Assembly: GCA_050613775.1 (NCBI GenBank)
Contig: JBODTK010000011.1
Span: forward strand, 992,001-1,056,000
Origin: Neocallimastix sp. 'constans'
Taxonomy: Eukaryota
Reading direction: 5' to 3'
Length of the DNA: 64,000 nucleotides
Both the position numbers and the translations under genes were made by a program. Each line of letters starts with the position of its first letter. Within the stretch, counting starts at the first letter, position 1. Positions 27,982 to 40,350 of the stretch are shown in pieces. Below the pieces are notes generated by a model. It was given only the letters and a program-made list of their open reading frames with translations, had not been told where the DNA came from and did no database searches.

Positions 27982-30900
27982 ATAAGCTATCGAAGTAAGC
28001 TTCCTTCCATTCTTTAAATATAATAAATAAATCTCTTGATTTCTTGGGTTATTTTCAACTTCTTCTGAAGGAACCCAATCATATGAATTTTTATATTTAT
28101 ACCTTACACGATATTCATAACATTTTTTCTTATAATTGGTCCTAAATCCTGCTATTTCTATAATATCTTTAATAGATTCATTATGAGATCTTCTTTTTCT
28201 ATATTCTGAAGGAGTAGGAATGAAAGGCTCGAGCGCAGATATATGGAATATTGGATGGTGTTTAGGGAAAGGAGATCTTTTTAAATCTATTTTATAATTA
28301 TTATTATCTAAAGCTTCAAGTACTTTATAAGGTCCGTACTTACAAGGTGATAATTTAGAATAATCTTCGATATTAAGAGAAGGAGGAGTTTGAACCCATA
28401 CTAAGTCACCTTCTTTAAAAACAGGAGGTTCTAATCTTTTCTTATCAGCATGCCTTTTATATAATTCTTTGGAACGTAGTAAGACGTCTTTAATGTGATT
28501 AAAACTAGTATTTACATTTTTTATATATTTAAAATTAGTATCCATTTGAGGTAATAAAAAGAATTCGTCCATGGAAGGATGGAACCCATAATTTATAAAG
28601 AAAGGAGTTTCCTTAGTAGATTCGTTAACCGAATTATTATATGCAAATTCTGCAAGGTAGATCCAATCTATCCAGTCATCATGATAATAAGCTCTTGAAT
28701 AAGCCCTAAGATATTGTTCAATAAAAGAGTTACACCTTTCAACTTGTCCGACGGTTTCATGATGATCTGTGGTAGCTATATTATTTTTAATTTTTAATAA
28801 GTGCATAAATTCATTCCAAAGAGCACTTGTAAATTGTGATCCTCTGTCTGTATAAATATCTTGAGGTAAACCATGTAGTTTAAAGATATTATTCATAAAG
28901 GCCTTAGCAATTTGTTTTGCATCAGGTATTTGTTTAAAGGGAATTAAGTGGATCATTTTAGAAAAACGATCGACAACTACCATTATTACTGTATATCCTT
29001 TAGAATCAGGAAGACCGCATAAAAAGTCTATTTCAATAGATTTCCAAGGTCTTTCGGGAGTATCCAAAGGTTGTAGAAGACCATATTTTCTGTGCCTATT
29101 TATTTTGTTTCTTGCACAGGATTGACAAGAGTTTACATATTTGGTCACATCTTCTTTTATTTTAGGCCACCAAAAGTTTCTTGTTATTAACTCTAAAGTT
29201 CTTCTAATTCCTAAATGACCGGCTGCGGGCTTTTCATGATATTTTGTTAATATTTCTAATCGGAGAACTTCAGGAATATAGACTAGATTATTATAAAATA
29301 TTAAATTGTCCTTTAATTTAAACTTTTCCATTTTTCTAAAGGGCTTATAAGACATATCATTTTTTACATTTTGAGGACTAAAGTAAAGTCGAATATCCTC
29401 AGCTTTAGCGTCAGACTTGGTAGCATCAATAATTCTTTCTAAAAGGTCACTTACAATACTAACAAAACATGGAATTTCTTTAACATTTTTAATGTCTAAA
29501 ATATTTTCAGGTTTTTCTTCAGTGTTGTTTTTAATATAGTCAGGTCTTCTAGATAGACTGTCAGGTTTTCCGTTTTTGTTTCCCTGTCTATACTTTATTA
29601 TGAAATTATATTCTTGGAAGAAAAGGTACCATCTGTGTTGTCTTTGATTTGCAACCTTTCCTCCTAATGTGTATATTAAGTTCCTATGATCCGTATAAAC
29701 AGTGATTTGGTATTTAGCACCAAGGAGTAGATGTCTCCAAGCAATAAAAGCATCCCTTATAGCGAGTAGTTCTTTGTCAGTAATTGTATAATTTATTTCG
29801 GCGTTTAGTAAACTTCTAGAATAATATGCTACTGGATGTAAATTATTATCTTTATCCCTTTGAGATAGAACAGCACCAATAGCATAATTACTTGCATCAC
29901 ATTCTACTATAAAAGGTTTTGTAATATCAGGATGAAGTAGAATTGGAGAAGTAATTAATCTTTTCTTTAATTCCTTAAAAGCATTTTCACATTCATTCGT
30001 CCATAAAAATTTAATATTTTTCCTTGTTAAATTATGTAAAGGTTTTGCAATTTTTGCAAAATCTTTAACAAATCTTCTATAGTAATTACATAGGCCAATA
30101 AATCTTTGAACATCTTTTAAATTTTCTGGTCTTGGCCACTCTTCTATAGATTTAATTTTCTTTGGGTCAGTAGATACACCATCACCAGATAAAATGTAAC
30201 CTAAAAATTCAACTTTATTCTGGTCAAATTCACATTTTTCTAATTTTGCATATAAATTATTATTAATTAAAGTTTGAAGGACGTTTCTGACTTGATTATG
30301 ATGCTCCTCCAAATCTTTGGAATAAATTAAAATATCATCTAAATATAAGATCACACACTTTTCTAAGTATGGTCTAAGAATAGAGTTAATAAATGATTGA
30401 AAAGTGGCAGGCGCATTTTTTAATCCAAACGGCATAACTAAATATTCATAATGGCCATATTTAGTTCTAAACGCAGTTTTATATTCGTCACCCTCTTTTA
30501 TTCTTATTAAATTATAAGCTGAACGTAAATCCAATTTCGTAAAGTATTTTGCTCCCTTTACTTTTTCTATTATATCTGTTATTAGAGGGAGAGGATATGA
30601 ATTTCTTATAGTTACTGCATTTAATTTTTTATAGTCTACACATAACCGAAGGGAACCATCTTTTTTCTTTTGAAAAAGGACAGGATATCCAGCAGGAGAT
30701 TCTGATGGTCTAATAAATCCTTTTTCTAAATTTTCTTTTATATAGTCCTTAAGAACTTGTGATTCTTCTTCAGTTAATGGATAAATTGGGCCGTAATGGA
30801 GTGTAGCGTCTTTTTCTAAAACAATCTTACAGTCGGTTAAACGGTGAGGAGGTAATTTATCTGCCTCTTTTTTGCTAAATACGATTGCTAAATCTTGATA

Positions 30901-31457
30901 TTGATGAGGAATTTCTTCTATTTTTGGTTCCTCATTTTCAATTTCAACTTTATCTTTAGTTGAAAGAAAACAATATATTAAAAAATTATAACTAAATTCT
31001 TTTTTATTATTATATAAATCTCGATGATTTTTGTTAAATTTTTTGGAAGAAAATTTACTTTTAGATTTATTTAAATATTTTACATATACATAAATTTTAG
31101 AATATTTATTAATAGAATTTTTATATTTATTAAACTTTGGATTTTTTGAAAAATTTTTTAATTTTTTTAAATTAAATTTTTTGGAGATATTTTTTGAATT
31201 ATTTTTTGATCGATTTTTTGAAAAATTTTTATAATAAAATTTATTTTTTATTTTTCTTTTAAAAAATTTATCTTTAAAAATTTTTCTTTTCAACGAGTTT
31301 AAATAAAAATTATTTTCCTTATGTTTTATGGATTTATTTTTATGATTATTTAAAGAATTATAATTTAAATAAGAATATAAGGTATTATTTTTATAATTGT
31401 AATGTATTTTGAATTTCCTAATAAACTGATTTCCAAAAAGTAAATCAGTTGGAATAC
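27976..31457 (-). pseudogene. pol: Gypsy-2 Pol, 3' part (PR end, RT, RNase H, IN, chromodomain), separated from its 5' part by the copia
   Basis: YLDD RT, ECDAS RNase H, YGPY, YEYRVRYKYKNSYDWVP; joins 38106-38528 as ...SNCIPTDLLFG. Confidence 0.9.
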
Positions 31458-31903
31458 TGTTAGAAATAAAGTTTAATATATGAATATTATTTTTGTTATT
31501 AAACAAAATAACATATATAAATTTTATGTATAAATATTATAAATTATTAAGATATCAACTATTATATAAATTGTAATATGGCGCATGTATGACGTACATA
31601 AAACATTTATGTAATAACACATAAAATATAATTGTGACATAATTAAAATTTATGTAGTAAAAATATATATATAAAAAAGAATATTAAGAATAATTATTAA
31701 AAAGTAGTTAACTATAATTATAAATAAATAAATAAAATTATTAATAAAATAATAAATAAAATTTGAAATTACGAAATTTGAAGTGTGAATTCTAATAGAT
31801 TAAGAGTCTCATTTTTGAGCTTTAAAAATATTTTACAGTATATTCAAAATAACAAAATTTGTATATTTAATTATTTTTTAAGAATTACAAGTTTTAATTA
31901 TTT

Positions 31904-33004
31904 TTGAAATTTCAATTTAAAATGTCAAACTTCAAAATTGATAAGTTCATAACAAACAACTCAAATGGCACATTCAAGAAGTTGGAAATTGATTGTGACT
32001 ACTATGAAGTTTGGGCAATTAAGATGAAACTATTATTTATCATAAATGGTCTTGAGGAATGCATTGAGAAAGATATGCTACCTAAGATTAATAAAACTGA
32101 TTCCGAGTACGAGGAAGGACTGATTAAGGTAATTGGAACCAGTGATAAATATTACAAAAAGAAAATAACAAAAGACATGATTAAAGAAGACTGTAAAGCA
32201 AAATGGCTTATCAGTGAGAATATATCTGATGAATTACTTATGAAGGTTGGCTTCGAGGAAAAGTCTTCTTATGATATTTGGAATAATATTAAAATTAGTT
32301 TTAAGAAAAGTAATAATGCATTAAAGACCGAAATAAAAAATGAATTAGATGAAATGAAATACGATAGAAATGAAGATTTCAACTTATTTCTTTCAAATAT
32401 GATAAATAAATTCAATAAGTTAAGGGAATTGAATGCGGAACCATCCTCAGATGAAAAATTTGATTATTTATGGTCTGCTTTACCTGATGATATTCAATCT
32501 AAATCAAATATGATGGAATATCAAGATGACTGGGATAAGTGTTGCTCCCATATGATAAAGTCCGTACCAAGATTAAAACAATTGAAAGATAAAGAAATCA
32601 AGAAAACACAAGGTATGGCTCTATACAGCTATAATAAAAATAATAACTTTAAAAAATATAATAGTTTCAACAGAACAAATAATGTTATTTGTTATAAATG
32701 TAATAAAAGAGGACATATCGCAAAATATTGTCCTGAAAAACAAATAACAAGGAAAAGTAAAGGCAAATATATAAATAAAAATGAACATCAATCTCCTAAT
32801 CACAACAAAAGATACAACAAAAGAAGAAGATATCAAGCTAATAATGCAGAAGATAAGGGATATGATGACTCTTATTCAGAGGCATTTACAGCTGATTACA
32901 ATAATAATGAGGAGAATCAAAATAACTTAGCTATAGTATTGAATAATAGCAAAGGTAAACAAAGGGATCAAAAATTCAACAAAAACAAACATATAAATTT
33001 TTAG
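31904..33004 (+). CDS. gag: Copia Gag (likely ATG start at 31922)
   Basis: YEVWAIKM N-terminal motif; CYKCNKRGHIAKYC knuckle. Confidence 0.9.
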   Translation: MKFQFKMSNFKIDKFITNNSNGTFKKLEIDCDYYEVWAIKMKLLFIINGLEECIEKDMLPKINKTDSEYEEGLIKVIGTSDKYYKKKITKDMIKEDCKAKWLISENISDELLMKVGFEEKSSYDIWNNIKISFKKSNNALKTEIKNELDEMKYDRNEDFNLFLSNMINKFNKLRELNAEPSSDEKFDYLWSALPDDIQSKSNMMEYQDDWDKCCSHMIKSVPRLKQLKDKEIKKTQGMALYSYNKNNNFKKYNSFNRTNNVICYKCNKRGHIAKYCPEKQITRKSKGKYINKNEHQSPNHNKRYNKRRRYQANNAEDKGYDDSYSEAFTADYNNNEENQNNLAIVLNNSKGKQRDQKFNKNKHINF

Positions 33005-35832
33005 ATAAGCAAGGTATATTGCAACACAGTTATCAATACTATACTGTTGACAATATACAAAATAACATAGATGAAGATTTCAATAACAATAGCGTACAAT
33101 GTTGGACACTGGATTCTGGTGCATCGTATCATATGACAAATGATGTAAACATACTTACTAACGTCAAAAGGATACATAGATTAATTTACTTTGCTACGGG
33201 GGAATACGTCATAGCGAAATCTATTGGACAATACATTGGATACGTTAACAATACAAAAATCAAACTTAATAATGTTTTATATATTCCAGAATTCAAAAGA
33301 AATCTCATCTCAATTGATCAACTTATAAATAAAAATTATAAAATAATTTTTTATAAATGCAATAATAAAAATTGTGTTACATTGTATAATAAAGTAAAGA
33401 ATAAAATTTGTACAATATTTTCAAATGATTCTAAAACATACAAATTATATACAACATTAAAAAATTTAAATTTTAATAAAAAATCTATTGTTTGCTATAA
33501 TTTAGAGAATGCATCAAATAATAATCTTGAATTATGGCACAGAAGACTGGGTCATTTTAATATTGACCTTATTAAAGAGAAATTAAAGGATATACCCATT
33601 AAACAAAAGTGTCCTATTTGCTCAAGAGCAAAACTTAAAAATTTTCAATATCCTAGGTCTGAAAATAAAACTAAAGGCACCTTTGAATTAATTCACATGG
33701 ATCTTGTGAGTTCATCAGAACCATCTATATATGGTAACAAATATTTTCTCTCCATTTTAGATGATTATTCTCGTTATGGATGGGTTATATTCCTAAAATC
33801 AAAGGCGGATACCTTTGATGCTTTTATTATATGGTATAAAAGAATAAAAAATATATTTGATAAAACTATAAAATATATTAAAACGGATAATGGACTTGAA
33901 TTCGCGAATTCAAAATTTAGAGAATTTTTAAATAACGAAGGTATTGTTCATCAACTTACAGTACCTTATAATCCACAACAAAACGGAAGGGTTGAAAGGC
34001 TTAATGGAACTGTTATTAGTAATGCTAGTGCCATGCTGGAAGATGCCAAATTAAGTCGTAGATTTTGGGAAGATGCTGTCTCCACAGCAAATTATATACA
34101 TAATAATATACCTCACAAAGGAAACAACAATAAAGTCCCCTTTGAAGTATTATTTGATAAAAAGGTAAATTACAATAAATTTAAAGTTTTTGGTTGTAAA
34201 TGTTTTTATTACGTTCCAAAACAATTTAGAAAGAAATTTTATAACTCTACCCTTCCAGGCATATTTATTGGATATGATAATTTAAATCCAACTGCATACA
34301 AAATATATGATTACAATAACAATAAAGTTATATTATCTCGTGCAGTGGAATTCTTTGAGGATATTCCTGGAAATGTTGGAAATCCTAATACTATTCCAGA
34401 TATTGTTAATTTTACAATTTTTTCTGAAGATAATAATAACGATGATATTCAAGAAATTTTTAAAGATTTTAATTATAACAATCAAAGTGATTTAAATAAT
34501 AATATAAATTTAAATAATAATTTTAACCAAAATAATTTAATTAAAAATTTTAATCAAGATAACCTTAATCATAATAATTTAAATAATAATTTAAATTTTA
34601 TTAATAATAATTTAAATGGTCAATTAAATTTTAATATAAAAGAAAATAATATAAACGAAAAATTAAATTCACAAAACATAAATGCTCCATTGAATAATTT
34701 AAATCCGGACATTTATAATAATTATTTTCAAAATGAAAATTATAATAATTTTTCTAATGAAAATAATGATCATTTAAATAATAAAAATAATTTTAATAAT
34801 TTAAATAATAATAATAATTTAATAAATAAAAATGATTTAAATATTAATTTGGATAAATTAAATAAATTATCAAATAATTCAAATGTAAACAAATCTTCAA
34901 ATTCAAATTTAATTGAGGAAAATATCGATTCTTATTTAAAGGATATCTCAAATAAACAGAAAGGGAAGGAAATTGCCAACACTAGTGAAGAAAATTTACA
35001 AAATGTAATTTCAATTGAAAACGAGGAATTGAAACATACTCAGAATTCAAACAATTCGAATGATGTAAACAAAAAATCAAGTTTTATAAATGTAAACAAA
35101 AAACCAAATTTAATTCAACATAATAATTTTATTAATAACTCTTTTAAAAGTAATGTTTATTCAGATAAGCAATTAAGTGAACGCGTAAGTAATACTGTAA
35201 GTAATAATGATACTATAAAACAAATTGATAAACGCGTAAGTAATAACACGAGTAATATTGATAATGTAAATTCTAATGAAATAAACATGTTAAATAATAA
35301 TGAAAACAAAATTAATGTAAATGATAATATAAATACAAATTTAAGTAATATAAATGACCCAACCAATTTAATTGCGAAAGAAATAAGTAATGATATTAAT
35401 AATTATAATAATGTTAATAAAAGATATAATTTAAGAAGTAATGTAAACAAAAGGTTAGATAATAAATTAAAAAATAATAATTCAAATTCAAAAGAAAAGA
35501 AAATTAAAACTAAGGATTCGAATAAACACAAAAATAATTCTAAATTCATTAATGAAGATAAACACTCAAACAATTCAAATTTAAAAAATAAAATTAAGAA
35601 TAATTCTTTGGAAAGAAAAAAAGTTAAGGAATCCGTGATTTCAAATGAAAATAAACAAATTAATTCTAATTTTAAAAATAAAAATTCAATTGAAGATAAA
35701 CAAGTTAATTCTACTAATTTAAATAATTCCAAAAACAAATTTACAAAAATGAATTCAGATAATTTAAATGACAATTCAAATTCAAATTCAAATTCAAATT
35801 TAAATAATTTAAATGACAGTAAATTAAATAAA

Positions 35833-35892
<60 letters not shown>

Positions 35893-37719
35893 TCCTTAAG
35901 AGTGAATAGGAAAAGAAAATCAAAAAGAAATAATACTGAAGTTCGCAAGAAATATAAAACTTTTAACATAGAAGATATATTAGATGACAATGATACATCA
36001 ATTAGTGAATCACCTTTTAGCGAATCCAGTATTATTGAGTACAAAAGAAAACTTAGAAAAAGAAAATATAATCGTATCAATAAATCTAATATAGGTAATT
36101 ATGAAAGTAAAAAATATAAATCTTTTAATATAGATGAAATCATGGAAAATAATGCATTCATGGCTGTCGATATGAAGAAAGAATCTGACGAACCAAATTC
36201 TTATCAGGAAATTTTCTTTCGAAAGGATAAAGATGAGTGGATTACAGCAATTAATAATGAATTAAATAATATGAAAAAAATGAATGTTTATACGCCTATT
36301 AAGAAACTTCCTAAAGGTGTCAACGTTATTTCTACTCGTTGGGTATTTAAAAACAAACACGATGCTAATGGTAGAGTATATAAGAAAAAGGCAAGATTAG
36401 TGGCACGTGGTTTTACTCAACAATATGGAATAGATTATAAAGAAACATTCGCACCCACTTTAAAACAAGATACAATTAGGATCATTACTTCTATAGCTGC
36501 AAAGAATAATTATAACATACATCAATTAGATATTAAGGCAGCTTATTTAAATGCAAAATTAAATGAAGACATATATATGGAACTACCAGAAGGTGACGAC
36601 TATCAAGGAATGAAATATTGCAAGTTAAACAAAGCTTTATATGGTCTTAAACAAGCAGGACGTATGTGGAATGACACTCTAAATGAAGCTCTAATTGACA
36701 TGAATTTTAATAGACTGTTAAGTGAACCTTGTCTGTATGTTAAAAGGAATACACATAATAAAATTATTTGCCTTCTAGGTGTATATGTAGATGATATTCT
36801 CATCACAGGTGAAAATAAAGAAATTTTAAAAGTTAAAAGATTATTAAAAGATAAATTTGATATAACTGATACAGGTTATGTTGATTTTATAGTAGGTATA
36901 AAATTTGTGAAATGTAAAGATGGATATTTAATTCATCAAAAGAGATATTTGAATGATATATTTAAAAAATTCAATATAGATAAATTAAAACCATGCTCAA
37001 ATATGATTCCAATTAATAATAAAAAATTAAAAGAGAAAACATTTAATTCAACAAAATATAGACAAGCCGTTGGTAATCTGTTATATCTTGCCATATGTAC
37101 AAGGCCAGATATCTTATTTTCGGTAAGTAAAGCATCACGTAAAAACCAAAATCCAAATTATGAGGATTGGTTTAATGTCTTAAAAATATTTAGGTATTTA
37201 AAATACACACCAAATTATGGAATTAAATTTAGTAAAAATGATAATTACAATTTTGAGGTCTACGTAGATGCGGATTTAGGTGGTGATCCTGATACTAGAA
37301 AATCTATCACTGGATACGTGATGACAATAAACTCAGGACCCGTTAGTTGGTATTCTAAATTGCAAAACACTGTAGCAGTCTCTACAGCAGAAAGTGAATA
37401 TTACGGGATACATGAGTGCGCACGTCAATGTTTATGGTATAAAAATTTATTTAAAGAACTAAATATAAATATAAATAATATAACAATTAATTCGGATAAT
37501 AAAGCTGCAATTTATAATTGTGAAAACGAAACTATAAATCTTAAGTCAAAGCATATTGATTTAAAATATCACAAAATTAGAGAACTAGTTCGAGAAGGTA
37601 AAATAAAATTAAATTATATTAAATCAGAACATAATATAGCTGATGGTTTTACCAAATATCTTAATTCTACTCTAATGAGTAAATTTAGAAATAACATTCT
37701 TTCTAGCTTTAGTAATTAA
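33001..37719 (+). CDS. pol: Copia Pol with a long Asn-rich IN-RT spacer
   Basis: WTLDSGASYHM protease, WHRRLGH/CPIC plus DDE integrase, YVDD RT, ADGFTK RNase H; in the -1 frame relative to gag. Confidence 0.92.
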
Positions 37720-38105
37720 AAATAATAAATTTTTTTATTTAAAGAATATCAAACTTTAGGGGGAATGTTAGAAATAAAGTTTAATATATGAATATTATTT
37801 TTGTTATTAAACAAAATAACATATATAAATTTTATGTATAAATATTATAAATTATTAAGATATCAACTATTATATAAATTGTAATATGGCGCATGTATGA
37901 CGTACATAAAACATTTATGTAATAACACATAAAATATAATTGTGACATAATTAAAATTTATGTAGTAAAAATATATATATAAAAAAGAATATTAAGAATA
38001 ATTATTAAAAAGTAGTTAACTATAATTATAAATAAATAAATAAAATTATTAATAAAATAATAAATAAAATTTGAAATTACGAAATTTGAAGTGTGAATTC
38101 TAATA

Positions 38106-38528
38106 AATACAATTTGAAATTAAAAATTTTTCTTTAAAATCTTGAAAATAAAATTTATTATTTTTAAAAAATTTAATTTGAAAATTTAACCAAACAAATT
38201 GATCTAATTTGGTAGTTCTGCCTGAAATACCTTTAACTAGGATTTTATTTTTTGTTTTTTGAATATTTAGTTTCAATTTATTTGCTAATTTTTCTGTGAT
38301 AAAATTGCAAAAGGATCCTGAATCTAACATAGATTCAGAAGTTAATTTTTGAATTTTTTCATTTTTAATTGAAAAATTATTTAAGAATTTAATAGGAATA
38401 TAAGATTTGAATAAAAGGAATGTAGATGGGAGATTTGATTCATTGATTGAATCAAGTGTAGGAAAATTATAATAAATTGTTTTTAAATTTTTTGATGTTC
38501 TGGATTCCTTTTGAAGCCCATCAATTAG
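38106..38528 (-). pseudogene. pol: Gypsy-2 Pol, 5' part (protease LDSGS)
   Basis: -1 frame is open from A AAA AAC at the gag end through MLDSGSFCNF. Confidence 0.85.
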
Positions 38529-39598
38529 TTTTTTTGGTTATTATGTTGATTATTATTATTGTTATTATTATTAAAATAATTATTACTAGATTTATTTTTA
38601 GTATAATAATAATTATTATTATTATAATTCTTGCTATTGTTTACATGTGGTCTTGAATGTTTCTTTCTCAAATTTTTATTATCAATATTATTTCTTAATT
38701 GGTCCTTACTTTTAATATTATTTTCAAATAAGATGCACTTAGTATAAATATCACCAAGCTTTGTAGGGAATTCTTCCATTTTATCTATTTCTTCTTGGAA
38801 CTTTGGGTGAAGTCCATTATAGAAAAATAAGACTAAAGCTTCTTCGTCCCAAGACAGACCAGTAGTTAACGTTCTAAACTTTTCTATATAATCATTTATT
38901 TTCCCATACGAATGTTTTAATTTTACTAACTGGATTTTAGCCAATTTTTTACTTGCAACATTCGTAAAAGTTTTCTTTATATCACTTAATAATTTCTTTA
39001 GTGTTCCTGGATGATTGTTCTCGTTATAGGCAGCAATAAACCAATTTCTTTCACCGTCTCTCAAACGAGATTTGACAAAGTTTATTTTTACTTCTTCTGG
39101 TAATCCTAAGTTAGGATAAGTTGAGAAAGTATCTTCACATAATTGACAAAATAAGTCTGTGTCATTAGTGTTTCCTGAGAAGAATCCAGGTTCAGGTACT
39201 TGTTGCAAATTATTAGAATAACTATTTTTCATGATGACATCATTGTCTGCATCACGTCTGGTAGAAATAGAGGCGTTATCATCTTGATTTTGTGGTACAG
39301 ATTGGCTAGAAGAGGGATCATCATTGGTACTAATTTTTATATCTAATTTTTCATTGAATATTTTAGTTAAATTAGAAAGTTGATTAATAATATTTTTATT
39401 ATCTCTATTAAGTGTATAGAGTTTTTTCTGTAAGTCTTGATTATATTTATTAAAATCTTCTTTTAATAAAAAGCTATCATTAACAGAAGAAGCTAATTCT
39501 GATACGGTAACTTGGGCGTCAGACCTTAACTTATTAACTTCTGACATTGGGTCAATGTCAGGTATTGAACTAGCCCAGACGTTCGTATAGTAAGACAT
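38525..39598 (-). CDS. gag: Gypsy-2 Gag
   Basis: PEPGFFSGN and FFYNGLHP retrotransposon-gag motifs; lies next to the 5' LTR. Confidence 0.88.
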   Translation of the reverse strand: MSYYTNVWASSIPDIDPMSEVNKLRSDAQVTVSELASSVNDSFLLKEDFNKYNQDLQKKLYTLNRDNKNIINQLSNLTKIFNEKLDIKISTNDDPSSSQSVPQNQDDNASISTRRDADNDVIMKNSYSNNLQQVPEPGFFSGNTNDTDLFCQLCEDTFSTYPNLGLPEEVKINFVKSRLRDGERNWFIAAYNENNHPGTLKKLLSDIKKTFTNVASKKLAKIQLVKLKHSYGKINDYIEKFRTLTTGLSWDEEALVLFFYNGLHPKFQEEIDKMEEFPTKLGDIYTKCILFENNIKSKDQLRNNIDNKNLRKKHSRPHVNNSKNYNNNNYYYTKNKSSNNYFNNNNNNNNQHNNQKN

Positions 39599-40350
39599 AT
39601 CAAGGTAGCAACTAAAACTAGGGTAAGGTTATTGTTAAGATTTTGATATAATTTATAGTTTAAATTTAAATAAAATAATATGGTTTATTAAAAAATATTC
39701 ACTAAGTCGATATGTCTATATAGTAATATACTATATAGATATATAATAAAAATAATAAATATTTAAATGTTTAGTTTAATAAAAATTTATTTATAATAAA
39801 CTTTGATAATTAGAATTATCAAATTAATTTAATTTTAAATTTGTTTATTTTATTTAATAATAAAATATCTATAATATATTACTATTAAGGTAATTTTACA
39901 ATAACCTTACAAAGAACATAAAAGATAGATTTTTACATCTTTCTTTTATACTTTGTAAGTTACATAATAATAATATTTAATTATAAGATAGTAATAATAT
40001 AGTAATATAAATACTAATAAAATATAAGGATAAATTTAATTATATAATTAATTTGAATAATTGAATTTAATATAGATATGTTGTAAACATATATAAAAAC
40101 ATAATATAAATAAAATACACGTGACGTCAAATGTATCATTGAAATTAATTATTAATATAAACCTTATTTATTAATATTCTCAGAATTATTAGGCCTAAGA
40201 TAACCCTTTAAATATTAAACAAGAATTTATATTAATTATTAATTATTTAAATATATATATTATTTATAATTAAATAAATAATATTTTTAATTATTGAAAT
40301 GTAAATAACTGAAATTGAGATTTCAATTCAGTTATAATTTCAACATTAAT

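Larger units (their letters stand above)
31458..38105 (+). mobile_element. Ty1/copia LTR retrotransposon nested in Gypsy-2 pol
   Basis: 340-bp LTRs 31458-31797 and 37766-38105 (TG...TA); TSD AATAC at 31453-31457 and 38106-38110; PPT AGGGGGAA; PR-IN-RT-RH order. Confidence 0.95.
26667..40345 (-). mobile_element. Gypsy-2: chromovirus (Tf1/sushi-like), interrupted by a copia
   Basis: LTRs 26667-27370 and 39633-40345; TSD TTAAT at 26662-26666 and 40346-40350; PPT GGGAGGGCGT; chromodomain-like integrase C-terminus. Confidence 0.93.

Noticed and set aside
31458..31506. N-terminus of the 1176-aa ORF
   Set aside because: Chance read-through from the copia LTR; the true pol continues from 38106-38528
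35157..36080. Antisense Leu/Tyr-rich ORFs
   Set aside because: Shadows of the Asn-rich pol region
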